Source: an uncultured Chloroflexota bacterium
GTDB taxonomy: Bacteria > Chloroflexota > Dehalococcoidia > Lucifugimonadales > CAJWER01
NCBI GenBank assembly: GCA_913030785.1
Contig: CAJWER010000003.1
Span: 1-34,145, forward strand
DNA: 34,145 nt
Direction of reading: 5' to 3'
The notes below the pieces were generated by a model that was given only the letters and a program-made list of their open reading frames with translations, was not told where the DNA came from and made no database searches. Positions 1 to 9,186 of the stretch are shown piece by piece. A program made the position numbers and the translations under genes. The first letter of the stretch is position 1. Each line of letters begins with the position of its first letter.

Positions 1-108
1 CTCTGTGCCCATGCCGAAATCGCCAAGCCGCATCACTGCGCCCTGGCCGAATTCGCGGTCGATCTGGCCCATCGCCAGCTCCAGAGCCTTCGCCTTCTGT
101 GTGCTCAT
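1..108 (-). CDS. recA: Recombinase RecA, N-terminal 36 codons (truncated by window edge)
   Basis: Manual translation from ATG at 108 gives MSTQKAKALELAMAQIDREFGQGAVMRLGDFGMGTE, the typical RecA N-terminus; GAAGGGA SD-like sequence upstream. Not in the ORF track. Confidence 0.9.
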   Translation of the reverse strand, partial: MSTQKAKALELAMGQIDREFGQGAVMRLGDFGMGTE

Positions 109-156
109 CTGGTTCCCTTCAGTATTTGCGATGTCGGATTGTGGATGAACGCGCGA

Positions 157-185
157 ATTGTAGCACGTATGTTTCTAATTTACAA
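157..185 (-). promoter_or_regulatory. Sigma70-type recA promoter with a possible degenerate LexA box in the spacer
   Basis: Minus strand reads TTGTAA-17 nt-TACAAT. The spacer contains AAAC-ATAC-GTGC, 2 mismatches from GAAC-N4-GTTC. Confidence 0.6.
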
Positions 186-326
186 CAGCATCTGTGCGTT
201 GGGCGCGTCCAACTCGCGTGCATGCTCGAAGCCCTTCCGGTTACAATTTAACAGGGTCAACCGGATAGCCCTGTCCAGCCAACGAACCGTACCAAAATCA
301 CCCGACCCGTAGAGGTAGACGACCCT

Positions 327-947
327 ATGCCAACAGGCCTCTCCGTCATCATAGCTGCCCCTTCCGAAGACACAAAGCCCCTCGCTGACGCCGTGCAGCG
401 GGCAGGCGGCTCACCACTGGCTCTATCGCAAGACTCCCTGCACTCCGATCGGAACGCCCTCGTCGGGGGCCATGCCCTCGTGCTCGCCGAAGATGGCGAC
501 CCTGGCCATGTCGCGCTGGCGAAGGCAGCACTTGAGATGGACATGCCGCTGCTGGCAATCGGTGATGGGCTCCATACCCTCAATCTTGCCCTCGGAGGCG
601 CGCCGGCTGCCCCGGTCGAGGGGCATGGTCCCGAGGGCGATAGCTCCTCCTACCACCGCATCTACATCGCCCCAGGATCGAAGCTGGCTGCGGTGGTTGG
701 CTCCGGTGGGTTCGTGAGGGTGAACAGCCGCCACGATTTGAGCGTAAACGAGATCGGTAAGTCGCCGTATCTGCTGGCGTCCGCATACTCCCTGGAAGAC
801 GGCAAGATCGAGGCCCTCGAGAGCCCCGACCACGGCTGGATAATCGGCGTGCAGTTCAGGCCGGAGCGACGCCTGGAGATACCGCCCCACTTTGACCGCC
901 TATTCCAGAGCCTAGTCGAGCGTGGCGAGCGCAACGCCGTAGACTGA
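327..947 (+). CDS. Class I glutamine amidotransferase-like protein (peptidase C26/PuuD family) lacking catalytic Cys and His
   Basis: Family-like motifs PLLAIGDGLHTLNLALGG, VNSRH, DGKIEALE and IIGVQFRPE, where the canonical forms are ICRG and QWHPE. Confidence 0.8.
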   Translation: MPTGLSVIIAAPSEDTKPLADAVQRAGGSPLALSQDSLHSDRNALVGGHALVLAEDGDPGHVALAKAALEMDMPLLAIGDGLHTLNLALGGAPAAPVEGHGPEGDSSSYHRIYIAPGSKLAAVVGSGGFVRVNSRHDLSVNEIGKSPYLLASAYSLEDGKIEALESPDHGWIIGVQFRPERRLEIPPHFDRLFQSLVERGERNAVD

Positions 948-957
948 TATCGGTCCT

Positions 958-982
958 AAAGAACCCGGGCGGGTTCCATTTT
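958..982. terminator. Possible bidirectional terminator between convergent genes
   Basis: AAA-GAACCC-gggc-GGGTTC-CATTTT; stem is only 6 bp. Confidence 0.35.
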
Positions 983-999
983 GAATCTTGCTGTCCGCG

Positions 1000-1737
1000 T
1001 CAACCGCCGCTCTGAACCGTCTCCGTCGCGTACCCCTTAGTCAGGTCGATCAGCGACAGCACAAATTTCCGGTCGCTCTCTGAGATCTGGAACAGATCGA
1101 CGGCCACACTCAGCGTAACGGTGCCGCCGCTCTCCAGGCTCACAACAGTCTGGTTCGCACTCCCCCCGGGGACGGATGCGGCAGGAGTGGCGGCGACCGG
1201 TCTAGGGTCCGTCGATGTCGCCTGAGTTCGCCTGGCCTCGACCCGGTCCTGTGGGGGTGGGGCAGGCTGGCGAGCGGGCCGTCCCTTCGCCATCTTTCGG
1301 ACTCCATTGGACATCGGCAAGTCCGCCTCTTTCGCGGCGCTCACGAAGAAAGAGATGGCCTTGCGGAGCGTGTGGCCGTCCACTGGGTAGGCTCGGAACC
1401 AGCCGCGGACCATCGCAGGTGTGGCACGTGGCAGCTCGTCGAATGGCACGGCGGTGTATGAGTCATGGAGAAGCTCGGCGAGTAGGAATCTCCACTCTGC
1501 GGTGGTTGCCTCTGCCATGCGCTCCATGCCCTGCTGCGGCTGCTCCCGATCGAGGAGGCCAAGGAAGCGGAGCGCAGCCACGAGCTGTGTGCCGGTGCTG
1601 CCACTAAACTTGGATTCCCAGAAAGATCTGTCGAATCTAAGTGGCACGCCTTCGTCGCCAAGCCATTCTCGCAGTGTCCTGAAGGTGCTAAAGCTGACGT
1701 AGGGCGGTGGCATAGCCACGTCCACTCTCTGTTCCAT
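1000..1737 (-). CDS. DUF5343-like protein of unknown function
   Basis: N-terminal PPYVS...RFDRSF...SGSTGTQLVAALRFLGL...TLRKAISFF pattern recalled for DUF5343, then a low-complexity linker and a short C-terminal domain; GGGGG SD-like sequence upstream. Confidence 0.65.
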   Translation of the reverse strand: MEQRVDVAMPPPYVSFSTFRTLREWLGDEGVPLRFDRSFWESKFSGSTGTQLVAALRFLGLLDREQPQQGMERMAEATTAEWRFLLAELLHDSYTAVPFDELPRATPAMVRGWFRAYPVDGHTLRKAISFFVSAAKEADLPMSNGVRKMAKGRPARQPAPPPQDRVEARRTQATSTDPRPVAATPAASVPGGSANQTVVSLESGGTVTLSVAVDLFQISESDRKFVLSLIDLTKGYATETVQSGG

Positions 1738-1801
1738 TCGAACCCCCGTGCACGTGGTGTTTATGCGGCCTTTGGGCCGACGCGACCGACGTCAAAGGCC
1801 G

Positions 1802-1926
1802 TGCCACAACGATTCTACCACCATGTGTTCCGTAATGCCACAAACAAATGGCACAGCGACGGACAAAACTTGAAACAGGGTTGTGGCATCTATAAACTTG
1901 TACCGTGTTGGCTGCAATGCCAATAC
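1802..1926 (-). promoter_or_regulatory. Extended -10 promoter of the DUF5343-like gene flanked by repeated TGCCA(CAA) motifs
   Basis: Minus-strand TGG-TAGAAT at 1812-1820; TGCCACAA at 1802 and 1836, inverted copy at 1881-1888, half-sites at 1849 and 1918. Confidence 0.5.
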
Positions 1927-2081
1927 CCCCCAACGGTACTCCGACACTCTGCTGAGAGGTGCTCGGAGTGCCCCCAACAGCGCCCCGGGGAGGGTCACCA
2001 AGGCCATTCCCGGGGCGGTTAACGAAAACCGCTGAATTGTGCGTACGTGTCTTGGCCAAGTATCGGAAAACAACCAGATAG

Positions 2082-2090
2082 TGATATAAT
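2082..2090 (+). promoter_or_regulatory. Extended -10 promoter of gyrA
   Basis: TGA-TATAAT matches TGnTATAAT, about 80 nt upstream of the start; AGGAG SD at 2161-2165. Confidence 0.65.
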
Positions 2091-2171
2091 ATTAGGACCA
2101 ACTACCGGTCCGCCAGGACCGGTCTGCAACGTTATTCCGCAACGCGAACAAGACACCCTCAGGAGCCATAG

Positions 2172-4691
2172 ATGGTAACGAAGACGGAGTTCGGCTTCAT
2201 ACGCCCCAAGCTGCTCGAAGAGGAGATGCGCAGTTCGTATCTCGAGTATGCGATGAGCGTCATCGTCGCAAGGGCCCTGCCGGACGTCCGTGACGGCCTG
2301 AAGCCGGTGCAGCGAAGAATCCTCTACTCGATGCATGGGCTGGGAATGAGACCCAACTCGTCGTATAAGAAGAGCGCCCGTCTCGTCGGCGAGGTCATGG
2401 GCAAGTACCACCCCCACGGCGACAGCGCGATCTACGATGCAATGGTCCGAATGGCCCAGCCATTCTCCCTGAGAGCCCCGCTCGTGGACGGCCAGGGAAA
2501 CTTCGGCAGCGTCGACAATGACCCACCCGCGGCCATGCGTTATACCGAGGCCCGGTTGAGCCGCGTTGCCGAAGAGGTCCTGGCGAATCTCGACCAGGAA
2601 ACCGTCGACTTCGTCGATAACTTTGACAGCAGCCTGCGCGAGCCCTCTGTCATGCCCGCCAGGCTCCCCAATATGCTGCTAAACGGCGCCTCGGGAATCG
2701 CCGTGGGCATGGCCACCAATATCCCTCCGCAAAACCTCTCAGAACTCTGCGACGCCATTTACTTGCTCCTCAGAAATCCCGAGGCCACCGTCGACCAGCT
2801 CATGAAGCGCATCAAGGGCCCCGACTTTCCCACCGGCGGGACCATCATGGGCACCGACGGCATCCGCAGCGCATACGAGACCGGCAGAGGCCAAATCATC
2901 GTCCGTGCCGTGGCCGGGATTGAGGAGATGAAGCGGTCCAGCAGGATGCAGATCGTGGTCACGGAGCTTCCGTACCAGGTCAATAAGGCAACCCTTATCG
3001 AGAAGATCGCCGGCCTGGTCAAGACCAAACGACTGGAAGGAATCTCGGAGCTTCGTGACGAGTCTGACCGGAAGGGCATGCGCATCGTAATGGAGTTGCG
3101 GTCCGGGGCACAGAGCCTCGTGATTCTCAACAACCTGTACAAGTTCACGGCGATGCAAAGCTCCTTCTCCGCCAATATGCTCGCCATCGTCGACGGGACG
3201 CCCAAGGTTGTCTCCCTCGCGACGGCGCTGCTGGAGTTCATCAAGTTCAGGCGCGAGGTCATCACCCGGCGTTCCCGCTTCGAGCTCAAGAAAGCCAAGG
3301 GCAGAGCCCACATCCTCGAAGGCTTGCGTATAGCCCTGGCCAACCTGGACGCCATCATCGCACTCATCCGAGGCGCCGAAGATTCGGACGCCGCCCGGAC
3401 TAGCCTGATGCAGTGGTACAGCCTGGACGAGGCCCAGGCCAAGGCGATCCTGGACATGCAGCTACGTCGCATCGCCGCCCTTGAGCGCGAGCGCATCGAG
3501 AACGAGTACAACGAGCTACAAACGCTCATTCGTGAGCTCGAGGAGTTACTGGCGAGTCCTGAGAAAATTGATGCCGAAATCAAAAAAGAAACTCAGACGC
3601 TGAAGAGGCAGCATGGCGAGGATCGGCGCACTGAAATCGGACCACCCCTCCAGGAGTTCAGGCGTGAGGAGCTTGAGCCCCACGAGCAGGTCGTCGTCAC
3701 CCTTAGCAAGGGCGGCTACATCAAGCGCATCCTGGCCAGCACATATCGCAACCAGCACCGCGGAGGCAAGGGCGTCAGCAGCATGCGGACACGCGATGAC
3801 GACCCGGTGCGCCACATCATCGTGGGTGACTCCCACGATATGCTGCTTTTCTTTACAAATACAGGGCGCGTGCTTGCCCTCAGGTCCTTTGAGCTCAGGA
3901 GCGACACGTCCAGGAACACCCGGGGTGTCCCTGTCGTGAACGTCATACCCCTCGCCGACCGAGAGCGTGTGAATGCCATCGTCGGCGTCCGCACCCTCCA
4001 CAGGGAGGATCTGTTCCTGGTCATGGCCACCCGCCAGGGCGCCGTCAAGCGTGTAGCCCTGGAGGCCATTGCCAACATCCGTCGTGCCGGGCTTATCATC
4101 ATGAACCTGAAACCCAAGGATGATCTCGTTACCGCCCGGCTCACCGGCGAAGACGACGACATCATGATGGTTACCGAGCAGGGCATGTCCATTCGATTCC
4201 CGGTCTCCGCGGTATCTCCCAGGCTCAGAGGCGCCGGAGGTGTCAGGGGAATGACGCTGCGCGAGAAAGACCGGATCGTAGGCATGGACATCGCCGTTTC
4301 CAACAGCAAGCTTCTGGTCATCAGCAGGAAGGGCTTCGGCAAGCTCACCGACCTGAAGCGGTACCGAATACAGGGCAGGGGTGGATCGGGCATCAAGACC
4401 CTCAACATCACGCGGAAGACAGGCAATGTAGCCGCCGCCCAGGTCATCGCCGACAGCGACGAGGTATACCTGGTGTCCGAAAAGGCCCAAGTGCTGCGTA
4501 CCAGCCTGTCGGAAATTCGCAGCACCGGCCGGGCGACCCAGGGCGTTACGATATTCAGGATGGATGCGGGCGACAACGTCGCTTCGATCGCGTGTGTCGA
4601 GCACTTCGAAGATACGCAGGCCACCCTCGACATTTCGCCACCCGCCGCCACCGGCACAAGCAACGGTAGCGCTCCCACCAAGGGAGCATAG
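2172..4691 (+). CDS. gyrA: DNA gyrase subunit A
   Basis: [27 protein letters not shown], active-site AAMRYTE, GyrA-box QHRGGKG and C-terminal beta-pinwheel repeats. Confidence 0.98.
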   Translation: MVTKTEFGFIRPKLLEEEMRSSYLEYAMSVIVARALPDVRDGLKPVQRRILYSMHGLGMRPNSSYKKSARLVGEVMGKYHPHGDSAIYDAMVRMAQPFSLRAPLVDGQGNFGSVDNDPPAAMRYTEARLSRVAEEVLANLDQETVDFVDNFDSSLREPSVMPARLPNMLLNGASGIAVGMATNIPPQNLSELCDAIYLLLRNPEATVDQLMKRIKGPDFPTGGTIMGTDGIRSAYETGRGQIIVRAVAGIEEMKRSSRMQIVVTELPYQVNKATLIEKIAGLVKTKRLEGISELRDESDRKGMRIVMELRSGAQSLVILNNLYKFTAMQSSFSANMLAIVDGTPKVVSLATALLEFIKFRREVITRRSRFELKKAKGRAHILEGLRIALANLDAIIALIRGAEDSDAARTSLMQWYSLDEAQAKAILDMQLRRIAALERERIENEYNELQTLIRELEELLASPEKIDAEIKKETQTLKRQHGEDRRTEIGPPLQEFRREELEPHEQVVVTLSKGGYIKRILASTYRNQHRGGKGVSSMRTRDDDPVRHIIVGDSHDMLLFFTNTGRVLALRSFELRSDTSRNTRGVPVVNVIPLADRERVNAIVGVRTLHREDLFLVMATRQGAVKRVALEAIANIRRAGLIIMNLKPKDDLVTARLTGEDDDIMMVTEQGMSIRFPVSAVSPRLRGAGGVRGMTLREKDRIVGMDIAVSNSKLLVISRKGFGKLTDLKRYRIQGRGGSGIKTLNITRKTGNVAAAQVIADSDEVYLVSEKAQVLRTSLSEIRSTGRATQGVTIFRMDAGDNVASIACVEHFEDTQATLDISPPAATGTSNGSAPTKGA

Positions 4692-4727
4692 CCCGGAGTC
4701 AGGCGCCTAACCAGCGTAGACGAGCGG

Positions 4728-4759
4728 ACGGACAGACCTCGCGAGGTCTGTCCGTTTTT
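4728..4759 (+). terminator. Intrinsic terminator of gyrA
   Basis: ACGGACAGACCT-cgcg-AGGTCTGTCCGT 12-bp stem followed by a T run. Confidence 0.8.
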
Positions 4760-4922
4760 GCGTATGATCGCTGGAGGCCGCACCGCTCACCGACCACGGC
4801 GCACCTAACAAATGCGACACTATGCGATAAAATTAGACACTTTTCCCTGCCCCCAGGTGGGCGCGAACGTTAACCAATCCAAAAGTCCCCCACCGTCGTT
4901 CTACCCACTGAGGAGCGCCAAC

Positions 4923-6308
4923 TTGACCCTTTCCATACTACGATTAATCAGATTTCTTACTATCGCGATCCTGCCGGTGGCCATCGCCTGTGGCGGGTCT
5001 TCGGACTCGGCTGACACCCCCGCTGTGGCTTCGCAGCAGCTCACGGTCGCGGCTGTGACCCCCGAGCCGACTGCCACGGCTGTACCCGAGCCTTCGGCGA
5101 CCGCCACGGCCGAGCCCGTCCGCAGCGTACTGGATGAAGGTCCTCTAAAGGATCGGGTCGCCAGGTTCTCGGACGAAGCATGGAACTTCCTGGTCGATCT
5201 GAGCGAGAACTACAGCCCGCGTGAGACGGCGACCGACGAGGAGGCGGAAGCGGCATTCTTCATACTGGATCGTTTTGTGGATATCGGCTATCAAGCAGGC
5301 CTACAGCTCTTCGATTTCCAGCTCGTCGACGACGAAGTCGAGCCGCTGACTGTGGTGATGGATGCCCCCCCAGCGGTGCAGGGAATGCCACTGTCGCGTT
5401 CTGTCGAGGGGGTTGTTACAGGGCCACTGATCAAAGTCGGCTTTGCCCTGCCTGAGGATATCCCCGTGGACGGCCTTGCCGGAAAGGTTGCCTTCATACA
5501 ACGCGGAGAGATTACATTCGAGGAGAAGGTGATCAGGGTCCAGGAGGCGGGCGCCATCGCCGCAATTATCTACAACAACCTTCCGGGCCCCTTCCGCGGT
5601 TCCATGATTACCGAGTCCACCATACCGGCGGTAACAGCGTTGCAGGAAAGTGGCGTCTTGCTGTCGGATCTGATGGATACTGGTGAGGTCGAGGTCACCA
5701 TCTCCGTGGTGATAGAGACCTTCAGCTCTCGAAACGTGATCGCCGAAAAGCCCGGTACCGACCCCGAAGCGGGAACCGTCGTCATCGGAGCCCACTTCGA
5801 CACAGTGGCCGGTGTTCAGGGCGCCAACGACAATGGCTCGGGCGTGGCCGTCTTGATGACCCTGGCCCAGGAAATATTCGAAAGCTCATTCCCGTTCGAC
5901 CTGCAGATTGTTGCATTCGGCTCTGAGGAGGCGGGGCTGCGTGGGAGTCGCTTCTACGTAACCTCCCTATCCGTGGAGGAGCAGGACGATCTCATGGCGA
6001 TGCTCAATTTCGATGTGTCCGGCACCGGCGACTTTGTCGAGCTTCAGGGCGATCCTGGAATGTCCCTCCGGGTCCGCAACTACGGTGAGGTCAACAGAAT
6101 TCGGGTAATTCGCGGCAACCTCGACACCGGTGGGAGCGATCATGAGTCCTTCGAAGTTCACGACGTGCCTGTCCTATTCTTCTTCGGAAACGACATATCC
6201 CGCATCCACACGACTGAAGATACGACAGATTTCATCAACCCCGAACTGCTGGGGACCACAGTCGCCCTGGGCAAGTTTGCCCTGGATGACCTCGCTGCAG
6301 GGCAGTAA
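4923..6308 (+). CDS. M28-family aminopeptidase with PA domain, predicted lipoprotein
   Basis: TTG start at 4923 after GAGGAG (ORF track opens at 4812); lipobox VAIAC; PA domain IQRGEITFEEKV...GAIAAIIYNN; metal-site motifs GAHFD, GANDNGSG, SEEAG, SDH, IHT. Confidence 0.9.
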   Translation: MTLSILRLIRFLTIAILPVAIACGGSSDSADTPAVASQQLTVAAVTPEPTATAVPEPSATATAEPVRSVLDEGPLKDRVARFSDEAWNFLVDLSENYSPRETATDEEAEAAFFILDRFVDIGYQAGLQLFDFQLVDDEVEPLTVVMDAPPAVQGMPLSRSVEGVVTGPLIKVGFALPEDIPVDGLAGKVAFIQRGEITFEEKVIRVQEAGAIAAIIYNNLPGPFRGSMITESTIPAVTALQESGVLLSDLMDTGEVEVTISVVIETFSSRNVIAEKPGTDPEAGTVVIGAHFDTVAGVQGANDNGSGVAVLMTLAQEIFESSFPFDLQIVAFGSEEAGLRGSRFYVTSLSVEEQDDLMAMLNFDVSGTGDFVELQGDPGMSLRVRNYGEVNRIRVIRGNLDTGGSDHESFEVHDVPVLFFFGNDISRIHTTEDTTDFINPELLGTTVALGKFALDDLAAGQ

Positions 6309-6415
6309 TGTCTTCGGACGGACACACCTAGAGGTGCTGGCTGCCTCACAGTAGGTCGGTGGCGAGGACTAGTTCCGTCTCGTTCCTGGGTGGGTGTGCA
6401 GATGGGTGCCGCCCC

Positions 6416-6454
6416 TAGCGGGTAGTGTGAGGGTGTGCCTCACACTACCCGCTA
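6416..6454. repeat. Perfect 17-bp inverted repeat (terminator-like or REP-like hairpin)
   Basis: TAGCGGGTAGTGTGAGG-gtgtg-CCTCACACTACCCGCTA; only a broken U tract (CTGCTTGCTTT) follows. Confidence 0.75.
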
Positions 6455-6499
6455 CTGCTTGCTTTCATCAATGAGAGGGTGCAGGCGCGCCTGCCTGTC

Positions 6500-6529
6500 T
6501 TGACCCCTTCGTGGGACGGCCCATAGAAT
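6500..6529 (+). promoter_or_regulatory. Sigma70-type promoter of ffh
   Basis: TTGACC-18 nt-TAGAAT. Confidence 0.55.
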
Positions 6530-6575
6530 CATAGGTAAGCTAGGCGGTTTCAGCCCCCACGTGACGGAGGGACCT

Positions 6576-7907
6576 GTGTTCGAAAACCTGTCTGACAAGT
6601 TAAATGGCGTGTTCCGGAGCCTTGGCAACAAAGGCCGACTGACGGAAAAAGACGTCGACGCTGCACTACGCGAGATTCGACTCGCGCTGCTTGAGGCCGA
6701 TGTCAACTTCAAGGTTGCCAAGAGCTTTGTGGCGCGTATTCGTGAGCGGGCCCTGGAAGAGAACGTACTCCAGAGCCTCAGCCCGGGCCAGCAGGTCATC
6801 AAGATCACCGCCGAGGAGATGGCGACCCTCCTCGGCGGTGGTGTCCAAAAACTGACAGCCGGTCCGCAGCCGCCATCCGTGATTCTGATGATCGGCCTGA
6901 ACGGCTCAGGCAAGACGACGACGTCCGCAAAGCTCGCCCGACACCTGAAGGGGACGGGCAAGACACCATTGCTGGTCGCCGCCGATCTCCACCGCCCTGC
7001 TGCCATTCAGCAGCTAACCACCCTCGGAGGCCAGATTGATGTCGAGGTCTACTCCGAGGCGGGCGCATCTGACGTGGTGGCTGTGGCGCGGCAGGGTGTA
7101 CGTCGGGCAGCCGAAGTGGGTGCTGCCTGGGCCATCGTAGACACGGCCGGTCGATTCCAGATAGACGATGATCTGATGTCCGAGTTGGAGGAGATAAAGA
7201 AGGCAGTCTCGCCAGCCGAGACGCTGCTGGTCGTAGACGCCATGACCGGTCAGGATGCGGTGAACGCCGCCACCGATTTCGACGAGCGGATCGGTGTTAC
7301 TGGACTGGTGCTTTCAAAACTGGATGGCGACGCACGCGGTGGCGCGGCCCTATCGGTTGTATCGGTGACTGGGGTGCCCATCAAGTTCCTTGGCACGGGA
7401 GAGCGCGTCGACGCCCTGGAGGAGTTCTTTCCGGACAGGCTGGCCTCACGGATACTCGGGATGGGCGACATGCTCACCCTGATCGAAAAGGCCCAGGACA
7501 ATTTTGACGAGGACGAGGCCATCAAGCTCGAGAAGAAGGTCCGCCAGGCAACCTTCGATCTCGATGACTTTCTTGGTCAGTTGCAGCAGCTCAAGAAGAT
7601 GGGCTCTATAGGGCAAATTATGGACATGATACCGGGCATGTCATCCGTCAAGAAGAAGCTGCCCACCGGGGAGATCGACGACAATCAGATAGTGAAAATC
7701 GAGGCGGTCATCCACTCAATGACACCCTACGAGCGGAGTCGCCCAGAAATCATCGGCGGGAGCCGCAGGCGCCGCATCGCAAAGGGAAGCGGCACCACGG
7801 CTCGGGACGTAAACCAACTCCTCAACCAGTTTACTCAGACTCGCAAGCTAATGCAGAAGATGTCGACCGGTAAGGGCCTGAAGGACATCACCAGGATGTT
7901 CCAGTAG
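6576..7907 (+). CDS. ffh: Signal recognition particle protein Ffh
   Basis: GTG start after GGAGG giving MFENLSDKL; GLNGSGKTT, DTAGR, SKLDGDARGG and Met-rich M domain with SRRRRIAKGSG. Confidence 0.98.
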   Translation: MFENLSDKLNGVFRSLGNKGRLTEKDVDAALREIRLALLEADVNFKVAKSFVARIRERALEENVLQSLSPGQQVIKITAEEMATLLGGGVQKLTAGPQPPSVILMIGLNGSGKTTTSAKLARHLKGTGKTPLLVAADLHRPAAIQQLTTLGGQIDVEVYSEAGASDVVAVARQGVRRAAEVGAAWAIVDTAGRFQIDDDLMSELEEIKKAVSPAETLLVVDAMTGQDAVNAATDFDERIGVTGLVLSKLDGDARGGAALSVVSVTGVPIKFLGTGERVDALEEFFPDRLASRILGMGDMLTLIEKAQDNFDEDEAIKLEKKVRQATFDLDDFLGQLQQLKKMGSIGQIMDMIPGMSSVKKKLPTGEIDDNQIVKIEAVIHSMTPYERSRPEIIGGSRRRRIAKGSGTTARDVNQLLNQFTQTRKLMQKMSTGKGLKDITRMFQ

Positions 7908-8035
7908 GGCGCGCCGGCGGCCTACTTCGACGTCCGGAACGCTTTGAGCGCACCCTTTCCTGTTGTAGACGCTGAGGGGTCCGACCCTTTTCGAACGCAA
8001 GTAATGAGATGGATTGTGCCACGGAGGCATGAATT

Positions 8036-9073
8036 ATGAAACTGCGATTCGGTGTTACCGGCGTCGGCCATAGGGGGATGACGCTGGCGCGGACGCTGGC
8101 GCGGATGGACGACGCGGCCATAGTTGGTCTCGCTGACCTGGACGCGGGCCGCCTCGACGCGGCAGCCAGCGAGTTCGGGGTTGATCAGACTTTCTCACTG
8201 GTCAGCGAGATGGTGGACTCGATGGATCTTGATGCCGTGCTGGTGCTCACACCGGACGCGGCCCACCATCCCCAGACGATCAGGTGCCTGGAGGCAGGCG
8301 TCCACGTGCTGGTCGAAAAGCCTCCGGCTTACACGGTTGCCGAGACGAGGGAGATGGCCGCGGCTGCCGACAGTGCCGGCAAATATCTGATGGTCGGGTG
8401 GAACCGCACCTACGCCCTGCAACGGGTAAAGGAGCTTTTTGGAGATGAGCCTCCATCTGTTGTGATGGCGGACTTCGTGCGCCCTGACCCCGCATTTCTC
8501 GGGCTGATACGCAACCACCTGGTGGACCCGCTGTACTACCTCTGCGGCGTTCCGGACCAGATCGTCGCCGCTGGCAACATGGCTGACGAGGCGAGGGAGG
8601 GGAACACGGTGGCCTCGGTGCGCTTCAAGGGGGGCTCATTGGGGCAGGTGACGCTCAGTCTGGGGGCAGGTGGGCGTAGTGAAAGCCTGACCGCCTTCGG
8701 CAACGGCTATTCGGTATTCATCGACTCCACCAGTACCGGTGCCGGAACTGTTGTACGCGGCGGAAAGGTCGTTGAGACTCTTGAGACGGTGGACTCCATT
8801 GAGCTTCAGATACGCCACTTCATCGATTGCATCAGAGAGGATCGGGAACCGCTGACCTCAGGCGGTCGTGCCGTCGAGATCATGGAATTCATCCAGGGGA
8901 TCATGGACGCGGCCGGAACAACAACAACGTCGTTTGCGCCGGATTCTGGGGATGGCTGGATAACATGGTGCGGTTGCGGAGACAAGATCGTGCCCGGTCT
9001 GGACTCATGCCCAAATTGCGGCCAGGGATGGGAAGGCTGGTCTATGCCGGTCGAGCAGGTTCGCCGAGCCTGA
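8036..9073 (+). CDS. Gfo/Idh/MocA family oxidoreductase with C-terminal Cys4 zinc-ribbon-like tail
   Basis: Rossmann motif GVTGVGHRG, AGVHVLVEKP, LMVGWNR; tail WCGCG...CPNCG; GGAGG SD. Confidence 0.88.
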   Translation: MKLRFGVTGVGHRGMTLARTLARMDDAAIVGLADLDAGRLDAAASEFGVDQTFSLVSEMVDSMDLDAVLVLTPDAAHHPQTIRCLEAGVHVLVEKPPAYTVAETREMAAAADSAGKYLMVGWNRTYALQRVKELFGDEPPSVVMADFVRPDPAFLGLIRNHLVDPLYYLCGVPDQIVAAGNMADEAREGNTVASVRFKGGSLGQVTLSLGAGGRSESLTAFGNGYSVFIDSTSTGAGTVVRGGKVVETLETVDSIELQIRHFIDCIREDREPLTSGGRAVEIMEFIQGIMDAAGTTTTSFAPDSGDGWITWCGCGDKIVPGLDSCPNCGQGWEGWSMPVEQVRRA

Positions 9074-9119
9074 CCCCCGCGGGGGTTGTGTGTGGGGTGA
9101 GTTTGATGAGTGATCGAGC

Positions 9120-9146
9120 GTGGTTCGACGGGCTCACCATGAGCGG
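9120..9146. repeat. REP-like interspersed element, single copy in this window
   Basis: GTGGTTCGACGGGCTCACCATGAGCGG resembles the TTCGAC..GCTCA short palindromic intergenic repeats I recall from many bacteria; genome-wide copy number cannot be seen here. Confidence 0.4.
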
Positions 9147-9186
9147 TCCAACGACCTCTCATCGCTAGAAATTCAAAGGAGCGTCC

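Noticed and set aside
1981-2017. CGCCCCGGG/CCCGGGGCG inverted repeat upstream of gyrA
   Set aside because: GC-only 9-bp arms with a long loop between divergent promoters; no supportable function.
2400-2460. Quinolone-resistance substitutions in GyrA
   Set aside because: HGDSAIYD keeps the wild-type Ser and Asp equivalents.
2540-4783. Long antisense ORFs over gyrA, and similar ones over CocE, coxB, rho and the S-layer gene
   Set aside because: Shadow ORFs expected from high-GC codon bias; no recognisable motifs.
6310-6575. SRP RNA next to ffh
   Set aside because: No conserved helix-8 motif (CAGG...GNRA...AGCAG) found in the intergenic region.
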